From positions 2,360,880 through 2,424,879 of the forward strand of contig OZ243930.1 in the NCBI GenBank assembly GCA_965213975.1: a DNA stretch of 64,000 nt, given 5' to 3'. Shown in pieces: positions 18,369-28,677 of this stretch. The stretch's first letter is position 1. Each line of letters starts with the position of its first letter. Below the pieces are notes generated by a model, which saw nothing but the letters and a program-made list of their open reading frames with translations, had not been told where the DNA came from and searched no databases. A program made the translations under genes and the position numbers. The DNA is from Candidatus Spongiisociaceae bacterium (GTDB lineage: Bacteria > Actinomycetota > Acidimicrobiia > Spongiisociales > Spongiisociaceae).

Positions 18369-19991
18369 ATGGAACAATGGGTCTGGATTCTCTTCGTATT
18401 CGTTCTCTATTTCGCCGTCTTGATCGGCGTCGCCGTGTATCGCACTCCGCGCATGGGGAACATGTCGGATTACGTCCTGGGTGGACGCCGGGTGGGAGGG
18501 TTTACCACTGCTCTGAGCGCCGGGTCGTCGTCGGCCAGCGGCTGGACGATGCTGGTCTTCCCGGCCTTGGCGTTTGCTGGCGGGATGATGCATCTCTGGA
18601 CCGTGGCGACCCTCGTGCTCGGGGCATGGCTCACCTGGGTCGTCGTAGCAAAACGCCTTCGACGCTACACCCTGGCGGCAGGCGACTCTCTCACGATTCC
18701 GGAGTTCTGGGAGAAGCGTTTCGATGACCGTAGCGGGGTGTTAAGGGGACTGGCCGCCCTGATCAGCCTCTACTTCATCGCCCTCTACGTCTGTTCGGGG
18801 CTCATTGCGGGGGCCAAGTTGCTGGAAGAAGTATTCGACTTGGATCACACCGGCACCGGCCATGACATCGCGGTGTTCATCTCGTTGGTGGCGGTCCTGT
18901 CGTACACCTTCATCGGGGGCTTCCTGGCGGTCTCTCGCACCGATGTTTTCCAGGCGTTGATAATGCTTGGCGGAATCATGATCATCCCTATAAGCCTGAT
19001 ATTCATTGCGGACAACCCCTTTCAAGCATTGGAAACCACGCCATCCGGATTCTGGAACCCGCTCACCGATGCCGATGGAGCGACTTTGGGGTGGCAGTCC
19101 TACCTCTCAGCGCTCGGATGGGGCATCGGAGCCTTCGGCTCGCTGCGGATTCTCGCCCGGTTCATGGCCATCAAGGATGAGAAGGACATCCCGGGCAGCA
19201 CGAGGATCAGCATCGCGTGGACCGTGCTCATGTTCGGCTTCGGCCTTCTCATGGGTCTCGTGGCGGTACCGGCGCTGGCCAGCCAAGGGGTGGACCTCCC
19301 TGATCCCGAACGGCTATACCTGACCGTTTCCTCGGTCTTCTTCCACCCTGTGATCGGGGGTCTGCTGCTTACTGGGGTCGTCGCCGCGGTGATGAGCACC
19401 GCCGACTCGCAGTTGCTGTTGGCCTCCGCCATCGCATCGGCCGACTTGCCCTGGCTGAGTCGGATCACCAATCAGCTCGGCACTAGGGGTCGGGTCATGA
19501 TGGGTCGCCTGATGCTGGTCACGGTGGGGCTCGTCGCCGCGTTGATCTCGATACTGGCCCCTGATTCCGTGTATGCGCTGGTCTCGCTGGCCTGGGGTGG
19601 TATGGGCGCGGCCTTCGGCCCGGTCATCGTTCTGTCTCTCTACTGGAAGCGGTTCAACCTAGCGGGGGCATATGCCGGACTCATCACTGGCACGCTGGTT
19701 TCCACCGTCTGGTGGCTGATGGACCTCGGCAACCAGGGCATCCTCGGCCTAGCCGAATCTCTCGGATTCCAATCGGCGTTGACAAGCCTGCAGGAGGTGG
19801 GGGTGTGGCAAATCAACCCGGCCGTGCCGGGTATGGTGATAGGAGGTGCTTTGTCGATAATCGTCACCTTGGCCACCCGTCCGCCCTCCCAGGAGGTACA
19901 GGATCTCTTCGAGCAGGTTGTCGGTGTTGATAAGGCCGGATCCAAAGAGCCCGAACCGCAGGCGGAAGGTACCCCGGCAACCGGGCGTTGA
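18369..19991 (+). CDS. putP: Sodium/proline symporter (SSS family)
   Basis: DYVLGGR, ALSAGSS.ASGW, GGFLAVSRTD, AAVMSTADSQLL, AWGGMGAAFGP. Confidence 0.85.
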   Translation: MEQWVWILFVFVLYFAVLIGVAVYRTPRMGNMSDYVLGGRRVGGFTTALSAGSSSASGWTMLVFPALAFAGGMMHLWTVATLVLGAWLTWVVVAKRLRRYTLAAGDSLTIPEFWEKRFDDRSGVLRGLAALISLYFIALYVCSGLIAGAKLLEEVFDLDHTGTGHDIAVFISLVAVLSYTFIGGFLAVSRTDVFQALIMLGGIMIIPISLIFIADNPFQALETTPSGFWNPLTDADGATLGWQSYLSALGWGIGAFGSLRILARFMAIKDEKDIPGSTRISIAWTVLMFGFGLLMGLVAVPALASQGVDLPDPERLYLTVSSVFFHPVIGGLLLTGVVAAVMSTADSQLLLASAIASADLPWLSRITNQLGTRGRVMMGRLMLVTVGLVAALISILAPDSVYALVSLAWGGMGAAFGPVIVLSLYWKRFNLAGAYAGLITGTLVSTVWWLMDLGNQGILGLAESLGFQSALTSLQEVGVWQINPAVPGMVIGGALSIIVTLATRPPSQEVQDLFEQVVGVDKAGSKEPEPQAEGTPATGR

Positions 19992-20081
19992 TCCCCGCGG
20001 ACACAACTGACCTCAAGAACACCAAGACCTCGTGGATGGTCTCGTCCAGGTTTCTCACCCACTGCGCCCTAGACTTGACTC

Positions 20082-20765
20082 ATGGAGAGATCTGAAATCG
20101 CCAGGGTCTTGGAGGACGCTTCTTCCCGTATGGGAAGGGACCCTTCCGCGGGGGTGGGAGGAACCGGTTTCTGGAAGGCCGTCGCCGCGGTCAAGCGTTC
20201 AGCCCAGTTGGTGGAAGAGTTTGCGCCCACGATTGCCGAGCTTGATCGGAAGGCGTTCCGGCGGTGGGCGTTGTTCACGGTCTCGGCCCGCCTTGGTACC
20301 ACGGTCGCCGCGGCGGCGACCGTCTTCGGGTTGGTCGTAACCTGGCTCGGCTCCGGTGCCTCGGCACCCTGGAACGGGATGCTCATCCTGGCGGGCATGT
20401 GGGTGGTACTGATGGCAACCCACGGTCTGGCCCACATCGCGGTTGGCCAGATGCTAGGAATCCGGTTTACCCATTGGTTTATCGGTACCATCATCCGTCC
20501 CCAACCGGGTGTCAAGACCGACTACGCTTCCTATCTGGCCGCATCGCCCCGCCGCAGGGCGTGGATGCACGCATCCGGGGCCATCGTTTCCAAGGTAGTG
20601 CCGTTCGCCTACCTTCCGGTGGCGTCTAGTGCCGGAGCGGAGGCCTGGGTGACGTGGTTGTTGATCGGGGTCGGTGTCCTCTCAATCCTTACCGACATCG
20701 CTTGGTCCACCAAGTTCTCGGATTGGAAGAAGTTCCGCCGGGAACTTGCCTACGCCACCAGGTAG
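20082..20765 (+). CDS. Hypothetical membrane protein
   Basis: 227 aa with about four hydrophobic segments; THGLAH resembles a degenerate HExxH. Confidence 0.65.
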   Translation: MERSEIARVLEDASSRMGRDPSAGVGGTGFWKAVAAVKRSAQLVEEFAPTIAELDRKAFRRWALFTVSARLGTTVAAAATVFGLVVTWLGSGASAPWNGMLILAGMWVVLMATHGLAHIAVGQMLGIRFTHWFIGTIIRPQPGVKTDYASYLAASPRRRAWMHASGAIVSKVVPFAYLPVASSAGAEAWVTWLLIGVGVLSILTDIAWSTKFSDWKKFRRELAYATR

Positions 20766-21259
20766 GAAGAGTCGTCACCTGCCGAGCCTTTTCGGGCTCG
20801 GGCTGCGCCAAGCGCCAGACGATCGACCGTATCGTTCCACAGGTCTCCGCTGTGACCCTTGACCTTTACGAATACGACCGGCTCTGAGATATGCAGGTTG
20901 ACTAGGGGTTCCCATAGGTCCCGGTTGGCGACGGGCTTATTGCGGGTGTTGCGCCAGTCCTTACGGAGCCAGGTCTCCCACCAGCGCTGCTTGAAGCAGT
21001 TCACCACGTAGGACGAGTCGCTGCGTACCTCGATCAGGCCGGGGATGGAACGCACCGCTTCGAGTACTGCGGCGATCTCCATGCGTTGGTTGGTGGAGCG
21101 GGCTTCGAAGCCGCTGCGATAGGGCCCTGAAGGGATAACCCAACCCCATCCACCAGGACCGGGATTGCCGATGCAGGAGCCGTCCGTGTACACCACCGTG
21201 CGCGAACCCGGTGCGGGATCCTCGACCTCTCTTCGGGCTATTGGTTCGATAGGGGGCAT
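20750..21259 (-). CDS. rnhA: Ribonuclease HI
   Basis: YTDGSCIGNPGPGGW, STNQRME, SDSSYV, KVKGHSG..N..VDRLA. Confidence 0.96.
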   Translation of the reverse strand: MPPIEPIARREVEDPAPGSRTVVYTDGSCIGNPGPGGWGWVIPSGPYRSGFEARSTNQRMEIAAVLEAVRSIPGLIEVRSDSSYVVNCFKQRWWETWLRKDWRNTRNKPVANRDLWEPLVNLHISEPVVFVKVKGHSGDLWNDTVDRLALGAARARKGSAGDDSSYLVA

Positions 21260-21345
21260 GGAGGCGCTTTCTGCCGGATAATCTCTGTTGAGACCAAGAC
21301 GCAGGATACCGCCGGGCGGTACAAAAGAAAGGTGGGTGCACCATC

Positions 21346-22101
21346 GTGAACAAGTCGGTTGCGATCGTTACTGGAGGAGCATCGGGTCTGGGGGCGGCCA
21401 CCGCCCGCCGACTTGCCGCAGGAGGCATGAAGGTGGTGGTCCTCGACATCTCTAGCCAGCAGGGAGATGAGCTTGCCCGCCAGATCGGCGGGACTTTTTC
21501 CTTCTGTGACGTAACGGACGAGGCAGATGTGATCGCCGGGGTTGAGGCCGCCGCCAGGATGGGTGACATCAGAGTGTTGGTCAACTGTGCCGGAATCGGG
21601 CCTCCGATGCGGACGTTGGCTCGGGACGGAACCCCGCACAACCTGGATCTGTTTCGCAAGGTGATCGGGATCAACCTCATCGGGACGTTCAACAGCATCC
21701 GGGTTGCTGCCTCGAAGATGTCGGCCAACCCACCCGACGAGAATGGCGAACGCGGGGTGATCGTCAACACCGCTTCGGTTGCTGCCTATGACGGCCAGAT
21801 CGGCCAAGCCGCCTACGCGGCCTCAAAGGGCGGTGTGGTGGGGATGACCCTGCCGGTTGCTCGTGATCTGTCGGTGGTGGGGATCAGGGTCAACACGATC
21901 GCTCCTGGCATCATCGACACGCCCCTGCTGGCAGGTCTCCCCGAGGCAGCCAAGGAATCGCTAGGTCAACAGGTGCTTTACCCCAAGCGGTTGGGTCATC
22001 CCGATGAGTATGCAGAGGTTGCCATGTTCCTGGTAAAGCACCATTACATGAACGGCGAGACCATCCGCATGGACGGCGGGATAAGGATGGCACCGAAGTA
22101 G
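21346..22101 (+). CDS. SDR, 3-hydroxyacyl-CoA dehydrogenase type II (HSD17B10-like)
   Basis: TGGASGLG, NCAGI, GERGVIVNTASVAAYDGQIGQAAYAASKGG. Confidence 0.92.
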   Translation: MNKSVAIVTGGASGLGAATARRLAAGGMKVVVLDISSQQGDELARQIGGTFSFCDVTDEADVIAGVEAAARMGDIRVLVNCAGIGPPMRTLARDGTPHNLDLFRKVIGINLIGTFNSIRVAASKMSANPPDENGERGVIVNTASVAAYDGQIGQAAYAASKGGVVGMTLPVARDLSVVGIRVNTIAPGIIDTPLLAGLPEAAKESLGQQVLYPKRLGHPDEYAEVAMFLVKHHYMNGETIRMDGGIRMAPK

Positions 22102-22120
22102 GTTTGGGCGGGAACCCTCG

Positions 22121-23362
22121 TTGATAGGTATGGGGATAGAGCATCGTAACGGCCTATTGATAACCATATTGTGGGTCGCGTCGGCATTGGTCGCCGGGGC
22201 GTGCGGCGGCTCAGGCACCGATCAGGCTGATGGCCGTCTGACAGGTGCTGGTGTCTCCGAGCCATCCGGATCCACTATGCCCATGGACGCCAATACCGAC
22301 CACCACCGCGGGGCCGATCACACCTTGGTCCGGGACATCCCGGACGGGGTGGCCGTACCCACCCTGGCGCTAGATGTCACCAAGGACCCGCTGGAAGGTT
22401 GGAACGTCAACCTTGCGGTGACCGACTTCCGGTTTGCCCCCGAGAAGGTGTCGACCGTGCCCACCCCAGGGGAGGGTCATGCCCATGTATACGTCGATGG
22501 CCAAAAGGTGGGGAGGGTCTACGGGTCCTGGTTTCATGTCAGCGGTCTGGCACTGGGAGAGCATCACTTGACCGTTGAGTTGTCCGACAACGACCACGCC
22601 GCGCTCGCGATGTCAGGAGACATCATCGACGCCTCCGCCCGGTTGGTGGTGGAGGATGAGCCGAACGGAGTCTGGGCGGTAGGGGAGGTGGCTGCCTCCG
22701 AACCTTATCCGTCGGTGGACATGCAAGTGGTGGATGATCCGGCCGGTGGACACAACCTCCGGGTTGAGTTCTCCAACTTCCGCCTAGCCCCCGAGAAGGT
22801 ATCCACTACCCATACGCCCGGCGAGGGGTACGTGAGGCTTTACATCGACGGCGAGTCGGTGGCCCGGGTCTACGAGCCCTGGCATCAGCTCCCGGCCCTC
22901 GCCGACGGGGACCACGAGATCAGGCTGGAACTCCGCTCCCACGACCACCGCCGGATCCTGGTTGCCGGGGAGCCGGTCGGGGTAACCACCCAACTAAGGG
23001 TTGACACCGACGCCGCGCCTTCGGGCGAAGGCACCCATCACGACCATGGAGGGTCGGGATCAGGAGTAGCCCGGTTAACCCCTGCCGAGTTGGAGTCCGC
23101 CGACCAGGTAATAGTGGTAGAGGTCAGAGAGGGCCGCCCAGTAGGAGGTCCGCGCCGGGTCAGCGTGCCGGTCGGATCCTCGGTCGCCCTGCGGGTCTCC
23201 GCCGACGTAGAGGAGATGGTCCATGTACACGGCTACGACATCGTTGGGTTGGTCACCGCAACCCGTCCAGCACACTTCGGTTTCGTCGCCGACATTCCTG
23301 GCATTTTCGAGGTAGAGCTTGAGAACGCGGGCAGACTGCTAGCCCAACTGGAAGTCTCTTAG
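22121..23362 (+). CDS. His-rich lipoprotein with an internally duplicated domain and a cupredoxin-like C-terminus
   Basis: Lipobox LVAGAC; repeated FR(F/L)APEKVST..TPGEG; HVHGYD...GIFEVELE. Confidence 0.7.
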   Translation: MIGMGIEHRNGLLITILWVASALVAGACGGSGTDQADGRLTGAGVSEPSGSTMPMDANTDHHRGADHTLVRDIPDGVAVPTLALDVTKDPLEGWNVNLAVTDFRFAPEKVSTVPTPGEGHAHVYVDGQKVGRVYGSWFHVSGLALGEHHLTVELSDNDHAALAMSGDIIDASARLVVEDEPNGVWAVGEVAASEPYPSVDMQVVDDPAGGHNLRVEFSNFRLAPEKVSTTHTPGEGYVRLYIDGESVARVYEPWHQLPALADGDHEIRLELRSHDHRRILVAGEPVGVTTQLRVDTDAAPSGEGTHHDHGGSGSGVARLTPAELESADQVIVVEVREGRPVGGPRRVSVPVGSSVALRVSADVEEMVHVHGYDIVGLVTATRPAHFGFVADIPGIFEVELENAGRLLAQLEVS

Positions 23363-23456
23363 TTTGCCCGTCGCTCCCAGTTGCCAGTTGAGGCCTGGGT
23401 CGTTTCGGAAGTCGAAGCAAACCCGAACACCCGCAGTCACCACTGGGAACCGCTGA

Positions 23457-25289
23457 CTAGCCCGACAGTACCTTGCTAGTCCCTCGTTCCCAGGCTTGGT
23501 AGAGACGACGGTACACCCCTTCCTCGCTGACTAGGCGGGTGTGGGGTCCGTCCTGGACCAACCGACCCTGATCGAAGACCAAGACCCGATCGGCCGCTTC
23601 GGCGGATGACAGGCGATGGGCGATGGTGATGACCGTCCGTCCCTCGGTGAGCCTCGCCAAGGCTCGGGCGATCCTCGTCTCGGTGGCCGGGTCCACCGCC
23701 GATGTAGCCTCATCCAGCACCAGCAAATCGGGGTCGGCTATGGCAGCCCGGGCTAGGGCTACTAGCTGGCGTTCCCCCACCGACAGAGAAGTACCTCGTT
23801 CCCCTACCTGTGTGTCAAGACCCTGATTGAGCTCTCTCAGCCAATTCGCCAGCCCTAGATCATCGAACACGCCTTCTACTATCTCTTCGGCCGCTTCCGG
23901 AAGTCCCATAGTGACGTTGTCGCCGATTGAGCCACGAAACAGGCGTCCCTCCTGGGGGACCATCACCACCCGACTCCGCAGTGAGGAGAACCGCACCCGG
24001 AGGAGGTCGACATCGCCCACCAGCACCTGTCCTTCAGAAGGGTCCATCAGGCGGGTAGCAAGCTTGGCGAAAGTGGTCTTGCCGGATCCGGTCTCTCCCA
24101 CCACGGCCACATGGGAGCGGGGGGCGAGTTCCACGTTGATGTCCGTCAAGGCCGTTGTCCCTGACGCCTGGCGGGCTATCTCGCCGGGTCTCGGATAACG
24201 GAAGGTCACCGCATCGAAGGCCACGCCCAGCGGACCCTCCGGAAGGCCGATCCCGTTCTCGCCGGGGTCGGCCACATCGGGAGGGATATCGATGATATCT
24301 AAGACCTTCTTCCACCCGGCCACTGCGCTCTGCGCCTCATTGATGGCCTCGCCGAACAACTGGATCGGGAAGATCATCTGCTGCACGAGGAACATGAACG
24401 CCACCACGGTGCCCACCGAAGTGCCTTGCCCGGAGACCAACACCGCACCCCCTACCAGCACCGCGGCTGTGATCGTTGACATGATCATCTCGCTCACCCC
24501 GGAGTAACTTGAGGTCATCCCGCCAGCCCTCACTCCCGCCGCCCGGTGCTCCTCAACCACATGACGAAGGTCGGCTCTAATCCGATCCTCGATCCCGTAG
24601 GCGCGGATGACCGCCGCGCCCGCTATCGCCTCGGCGAGAGCGCCCAACATTCGGGCGACCTTTTCCCGCACTATCAGGTAGGCCCCCGCCAGCCGCTTCT
24701 GAAACCAACGCATCGACCAGACGACCACCGGCATGAAGGCCAATACCACCAGGAAGAGCTGAAACGAGAACACCGCCATCGCCATCATGGCGAGGATGGC
24801 CTGCCCTCCGTTTACCAGGATCATCAGGCCTGAAAACTGCATGAATCGGCTGATTTGGTCGACGTCGGTCGTAACCCGCGCCACCAGCACTCCCCGCTGT
24901 TCGGCGGCTTGATGGAGCATTGAGAGGTCGTGGATGTGACGGAAGGCCCGAATTCGTAGGTTAGAGAGGGCGGTCTCGGCCGTGACCGACAGCCGAACGT
25001 GCATGATCGAGGTCGCTACCGCCGTGACCATCACCGCGATGAGCGACACGACGACCATTAGGCCCACGAAGCCCATGTCCACTCCTCCCGAGCTGAGGCC
25101 CCGGTCAAGGATCTGCTGGAGAGCAACCGGGATGATGATCCGACCGGCGGTGGCGATAACGGCTAGGGCGGCTGTGAAGAGCGCTCCGCGGCGCAACTCT
25201 GGAGAGAGGCTGAGGCCCCGTTTGGCGGTTTCCCACGCCTTCACCGCCTGTCGGTCCGCCGCTGTGGGCCGGTCACCACCGAGGATCAC
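23457..25289 (-). CDS. ABC exporter, fused permease/ATPase (heterodimer subunit)
   Basis: TM domain plus GETGSGKT, LSVGERQL, LDEATSAVD, IAHRLS. Confidence 0.93.
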   Translation of the reverse strand: MILGGDRPTAADRQAVKAWETAKRGLSLSPELRRGALFTAALAVIATAGRIIIPVALQQILDRGLSSGGVDMGFVGLMVVVSLIAVMVTAVATSIMHVRLSVTAETALSNLRIRAFRHIHDLSMLHQAAEQRGVLVARVTTDVDQISRFMQFSGLMILVNGGQAILAMMAMAVFSFQLFLVVLAFMPVVVWSMRWFQKRLAGAYLIVREKVARMLGALAEAIAGAAVIRAYGIEDRIRADLRHVVEEHRAAGVRAGGMTSSYSGVSEMIMSTITAAVLVGGAVLVSGQGTSVGTVVAFMFLVQQMIFPIQLFGEAINEAQSAVAGWKKVLDIIDIPPDVADPGENGIGLPEGPLGVAFDAVTFRYPRPGEIARQASGTTALTDINVELAPRSHVAVVGETGSGKTTFAKLATRLMDPSEGQVLVGDVDLLRVRFSSLRSRVVMVPQEGRLFRGSIGDNVTMGLPEAAEEIVEGVFDDLGLANWLRELNQGLDTQVGERGTSLSVGERQLVALARAAIADPDLLVLDEATSAVDPATETRIARALARLTEGRTVITIAHRLSSAEAADRVLVFDQGRLVQDGPHTRLVSEEGVYRRLYQAWERGTSKVLSG

Positions 25290-27130
25290 GTCGTCGCCTC
25301 CTCGTAAGCGTCGATCAGGGCCGCATAGCCGGGCTGGGAGTCGTAAAGCTCCCGATGCTCACCCCGAGCCACGATGCGACCGGCGTCGACAAAGATCACC
25401 TCGTCGGCCAACAGGATCGACGCCCGCCTATAGGCCACCAGGATCACGGTGGTGTCGATCGTCCTGATGCCTTCCAATATTGCCGCCTCTACAGCCGGGT
25501 CCACGGCGGAGGTGGCATCGTCGAGCACCAGCAGCCGCGGTCGGCGGATGAGGGCGCGTCCCAGAGCGATCCGCTGACGTTGGCCTCCCGACAGAGCTGC
25601 GCCCCGCTCTCCGACTCGGGTCTCGTAACCCTCGGGCAACGCCAGGATGAACTCGTGCGCCTGCGCCAGGCGGGCCGCCTTCTCCACCGTGCCGTCGTCG
25701 AACTTGCCGCCCAGGGTGATGTTGTCGCGGACCGTGCTGTCGAAGAGGAAAGCCTCCTGAAACACCAGGACCGCCGAGTCCGCCATCGGTTTGCGGGAGA
25801 GATCGGTCATGGGCATCTTGTCCATCCGGATGGTTCCCGAGTCCGGATCGAAGAGGCGCACCAGTAGCTGGGATATCGTCGATTTTCCGGCACCGGTGGG
25901 TCCCACCAACGCGATGGTGCGCCCTGCGATTGCCGAGAAGGTGACCTTCTCAACGCCCCTTTGGTCTCCGTTGGCGGTCTCGCCGAGCGTGGGGTCACGG
26001 GGCTGGCCCAGGTCGCTCACCTTGGTGGCTGGGTGAAGGTAGGAGATGTCCTGCGCGGTGACGGTGGCGCTCCCCGACCCGGGATTGCTCAGGGTTCCGT
26101 ATTCGAATCGGGTCGGGTGCTCCACCACCGCCTTAACCCGTTGTTTTCCGACCACCGCAGTAGGAAGTAGGCCGAGCAACCAGGCGAAGATGCGCATGGG
26201 CATGGCGGTGAGGCGAAAGAGGTAAGCGAAGGTAACGAGGGTGCCGGCCGTCATCAGGCCCTGTTCTACCCTCCAGGCACCCACTCCCGCCACCGCCAAC
26301 ACCCCGATCGTGGGTAGGGCCTCCATCATCGGGTCGAAGACCGCTCGGATTTTCCCCATCCGGGTCATGTCGCGGCGAAGCTGGTCGGATCGTTCGGCGA
26401 ACCGGGCCGTCTCCGAGTCCTCGTGCCCCAGCGTCTTGACCTCGAGGGCGGCGTCGAACGACTCGTGGGCCACTTCGGCGACCTCAGCCCGGCTCCGCTG
26501 AGCCGCGGCCGCCGCCACTCGCATCCGTCGCTGATAGAAGACATTGTTGATCATGATCGCCGGGCCGATCAGGAACCCCACCAAGGCTAGGAACGGGTCG
26601 GTTAGGAGAAGCAACACGGCGGTGATGCTCAGCATCAATATCACCCCGAAGGCCATCGGTAGCGGGGCGGCGATCTGGGCGGCGGCTTCGATGTCGGAGC
26701 TGACGTTGGACAAGAGCTGCCCGGTGGGATGCCGGCGGTGCCACTCGATCGGGAGATCAAGATAGCGATCGGTCACGTCTAGGCGGTCACGCTGCTCGAG
26801 TCTGAACTGGGCCCGATACGCTCCGTAGCGTCGCAAGGCGAGACCCAAGCCCTTGGCGGCACCCAGGGCTAGCAGTATCAGGGTCAGCACCGCCGCGGAG
26901 GCCGACATTAGTTCCCCAGTTCGGGCCGCCGGAATCAGGAGGTTGTCGGTGGCCCAACCCACTCCGTAGGAGAAGGCGATAGTTCCTATCGAGTGCAGGG
27001 TGGTGAACCCGAAACCCATGGCGAACTCGCGAGGTGCCCGACGCAGCTGTTCTACGATGAGTCGGTACCCGTGGCCGATGATCCGATGCTCCGGCTGGCG
27101 AGCCGCTTCGATAATGGTTTCAGAGGTCAT
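25286..27130 (-). CDS. ABC exporter, fused permease/ATPase (heterodimer subunit with degenerate site)
   Basis: GPTGAGKST, LSGGQRQRI, LDDATSAVD (D for E), VAYR (Y for H). Confidence 0.93.
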   Translation of the reverse strand: MTSETIIEAARQPEHRIIGHGYRLIVEQLRRAPREFAMGFGFTTLHSIGTIAFSYGVGWATDNLLIPAARTGELMSASAAVLTLILLALGAAKGLGLALRRYGAYRAQFRLEQRDRLDVTDRYLDLPIEWHRRHPTGQLLSNVSSDIEAAAQIAAPLPMAFGVILMLSITAVLLLLTDPFLALVGFLIGPAIMINNVFYQRRMRVAAAAAQRSRAEVAEVAHESFDAALEVKTLGHEDSETARFAERSDQLRRDMTRMGKIRAVFDPMMEALPTIGVLAVAGVGAWRVEQGLMTAGTLVTFAYLFRLTAMPMRIFAWLLGLLPTAVVGKQRVKAVVEHPTRFEYGTLSNPGSGSATVTAQDISYLHPATKVSDLGQPRDPTLGETANGDQRGVEKVTFSAIAGRTIALVGPTGAGKSTISQLLVRLFDPDSGTIRMDKMPMTDLSRKPMADSAVLVFQEAFLFDSTVRDNITLGGKFDDGTVEKAARLAQAHEFILALPEGYETRVGERGAALSGGQRQRIALGRALIRRPRLLVLDDATSAVDPAVEAAILEGIRTIDTTVILVAYRRASILLADEVIFVDAGRIVARGEHRELYDSQPGYAALIDAYEEATT

Positions 27131-27255
27131 GAATCAAATCCGAGTAAGAAGTCTTGAACAGAAGGCACGGGCCTTGGCTGTGGGGGCTCTGATGTACCGT
27201 AGCTACGACCCGGTCCGGCATCGCTCGGTCTTGGTCCGTCCCGTCTCTTTCTGCC

Positions 27256-28476
27256 CTAACGGGTTACCTGACCCTGCTGCTCTCTACGGATATCGCAATG
27301 GGCGATTCCTATCGCCGCGTACAACGCGACGCCAGCAGCCATCGCATCCTCATCGAAGACTACCCGGTTGGAGTGGTTCCCCGGCACCCGACCCGGTCGC
27401 CCCTCCGGTGGCGTGGTGCCCAGGTAGGCGATGGTTCCCGGTACCCGGTCCAGCACGAAAGAGAAGTCCTCTCCACCCATAGATGGCCAGGGCGGTTCTC
27501 CGACCCGTTGGTCTCCGAGGGTTCGGCGAGCGGTTCGGCGGACAAAGTTGCTGAATGCAGAGTCGTTGACCGTCACCGGGTAACCCACCCCGAAACTTAT
27601 CTCCGCTTCCAGGGCGTGGGCGGCGGAAATGTTGGTGGCGACCCGCCTGAGGATGCTCAGAAGCTCGGTTCTGGTCCCCGCCGACAGGGCGCGAATCGTC
27701 CCCGAAAGGCGGGCAGTCGCCGGGATGACGTTGTGGGTGGTGCCACTCTCGAAGCTGGCGAAGGTGATTACGCCAGGTTCAAACACGTTGATCCGGCGGG
27801 TGACGGCTGCCTGAACCGCCATCACGATCTCTGCCGCCACCGTAACCGGGTCGTGGGATAGGTGGGGAGCGGCGGCGTGACCGCTCTTGCCCTGTACGGT
27901 GATGGTTACCTCGTCGGTGGCGGCCATCTGCGGACCGGGGCGGAACCAGACCGTTCCCGAGGGGTAAAGGTTGGAGGCGTGGAGGGCGAAGGCTCCGGTG
28001 GGTGGTACGCCCGCGGTGTCAAGGAGGCCTTCCTCAAGCATCAGACGAGCCCCGAAGAAACCCTCCTCTCCGGGCTGGAACATGAACAGCACCTGGCCGG
28101 CCAGTTTCTTACGGTGCCGGGCGAGGAGGCGAACGGATCCGGCCAGCATGGCGGTATGCAGGTCATGCCCGCAGGCATGCATGAAACCCTTGTGCTCGCT
28201 GGAGAAGGGGAGTCCGGTCTGCTCTTCCACGGGTAAGGCATCCATGTCGCCTCGGAGAAGAACCGTGGGGCCGGGCTCATCCCCCCTCAACACCACCGCT
28301 AGGCCGCTGGTGCCCTGATGTTCGGTGATCTCAACCGGCAGGTCGGCTAGTTCTTCGAGGACCAGGGAGCGGGTGATCGGGAGATGATTTCCTCGCTCGG
28401 GGAATCGGTGGAGCCGACGGCGGAGGTCGACTACCCGCGGAAGAAGGTGGTCAGCTTCGGACAGTAGAGAACGCAC
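27256..28476 (-). CDS. M20D amidohydrolase (hippurate hydrolase-like)
   Basis: LRGDMDALP, MHACGHDLH, FQPGEEG, GGEDF. Confidence 0.92.
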   Translation of the reverse strand: MRSLLSEADHLLPRVVDLRRRLHRFPERGNHLPITRSLVLEELADLPVEITEHQGTSGLAVVLRGDEPGPTVLLRGDMDALPVEEQTGLPFSSEHKGFMHACGHDLHTAMLAGSVRLLARHRKKLAGQVLFMFQPGEEGFFGARLMLEEGLLDTAGVPPTGAFALHASNLYPSGTVWFRPGPQMAATDEVTITVQGKSGHAAAPHLSHDPVTVAAEIVMAVQAAVTRRINVFEPGVITFASFESGTTHNVIPATARLSGTIRALSAGTRTELLSILRRVATNISAAHALEAEISFGVGYPVTVNDSAFSNFVRRTARRTLGDQRVGEPPWPSMGGEDFSFVLDRVPGTIAYLGTTPPEGRPGRVPGNHSNRVVFDEDAMAAGVALYAAIGIAHCDIRREQQGQVTR

Positions 28477-28607
28477 TAACCGGATTTTACCGGCTCATCG
28501 TATTTCAGGTGTCGGGGGAAGGCCGGTAGGCGAGCAGCATGGATACCGCTCAGTCCAGCGGGCTGATGATTTCCGGGACGATCCGGGTCCCAACTGGCAA
28601 CCGGGCA

Positions 28608-28669
28608 GAGCTGGTTCACGCTACGGAGAAGACTCAAGTCCCCAACTGGCAACTGAATCGCAACTGAAC
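28608..28669 (+). repeat. ~60-bp intergenic repeat, copy 1 (CCCAACTGGCAAC family)
   Basis: GAGCTGGTTC...CCCCAACTGGCAACTGAATCGCAACTGAAC; similar copy at 32177-32238. Confidence 0.75.
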
Positions 28670-28677
28670 AGGCGTTC

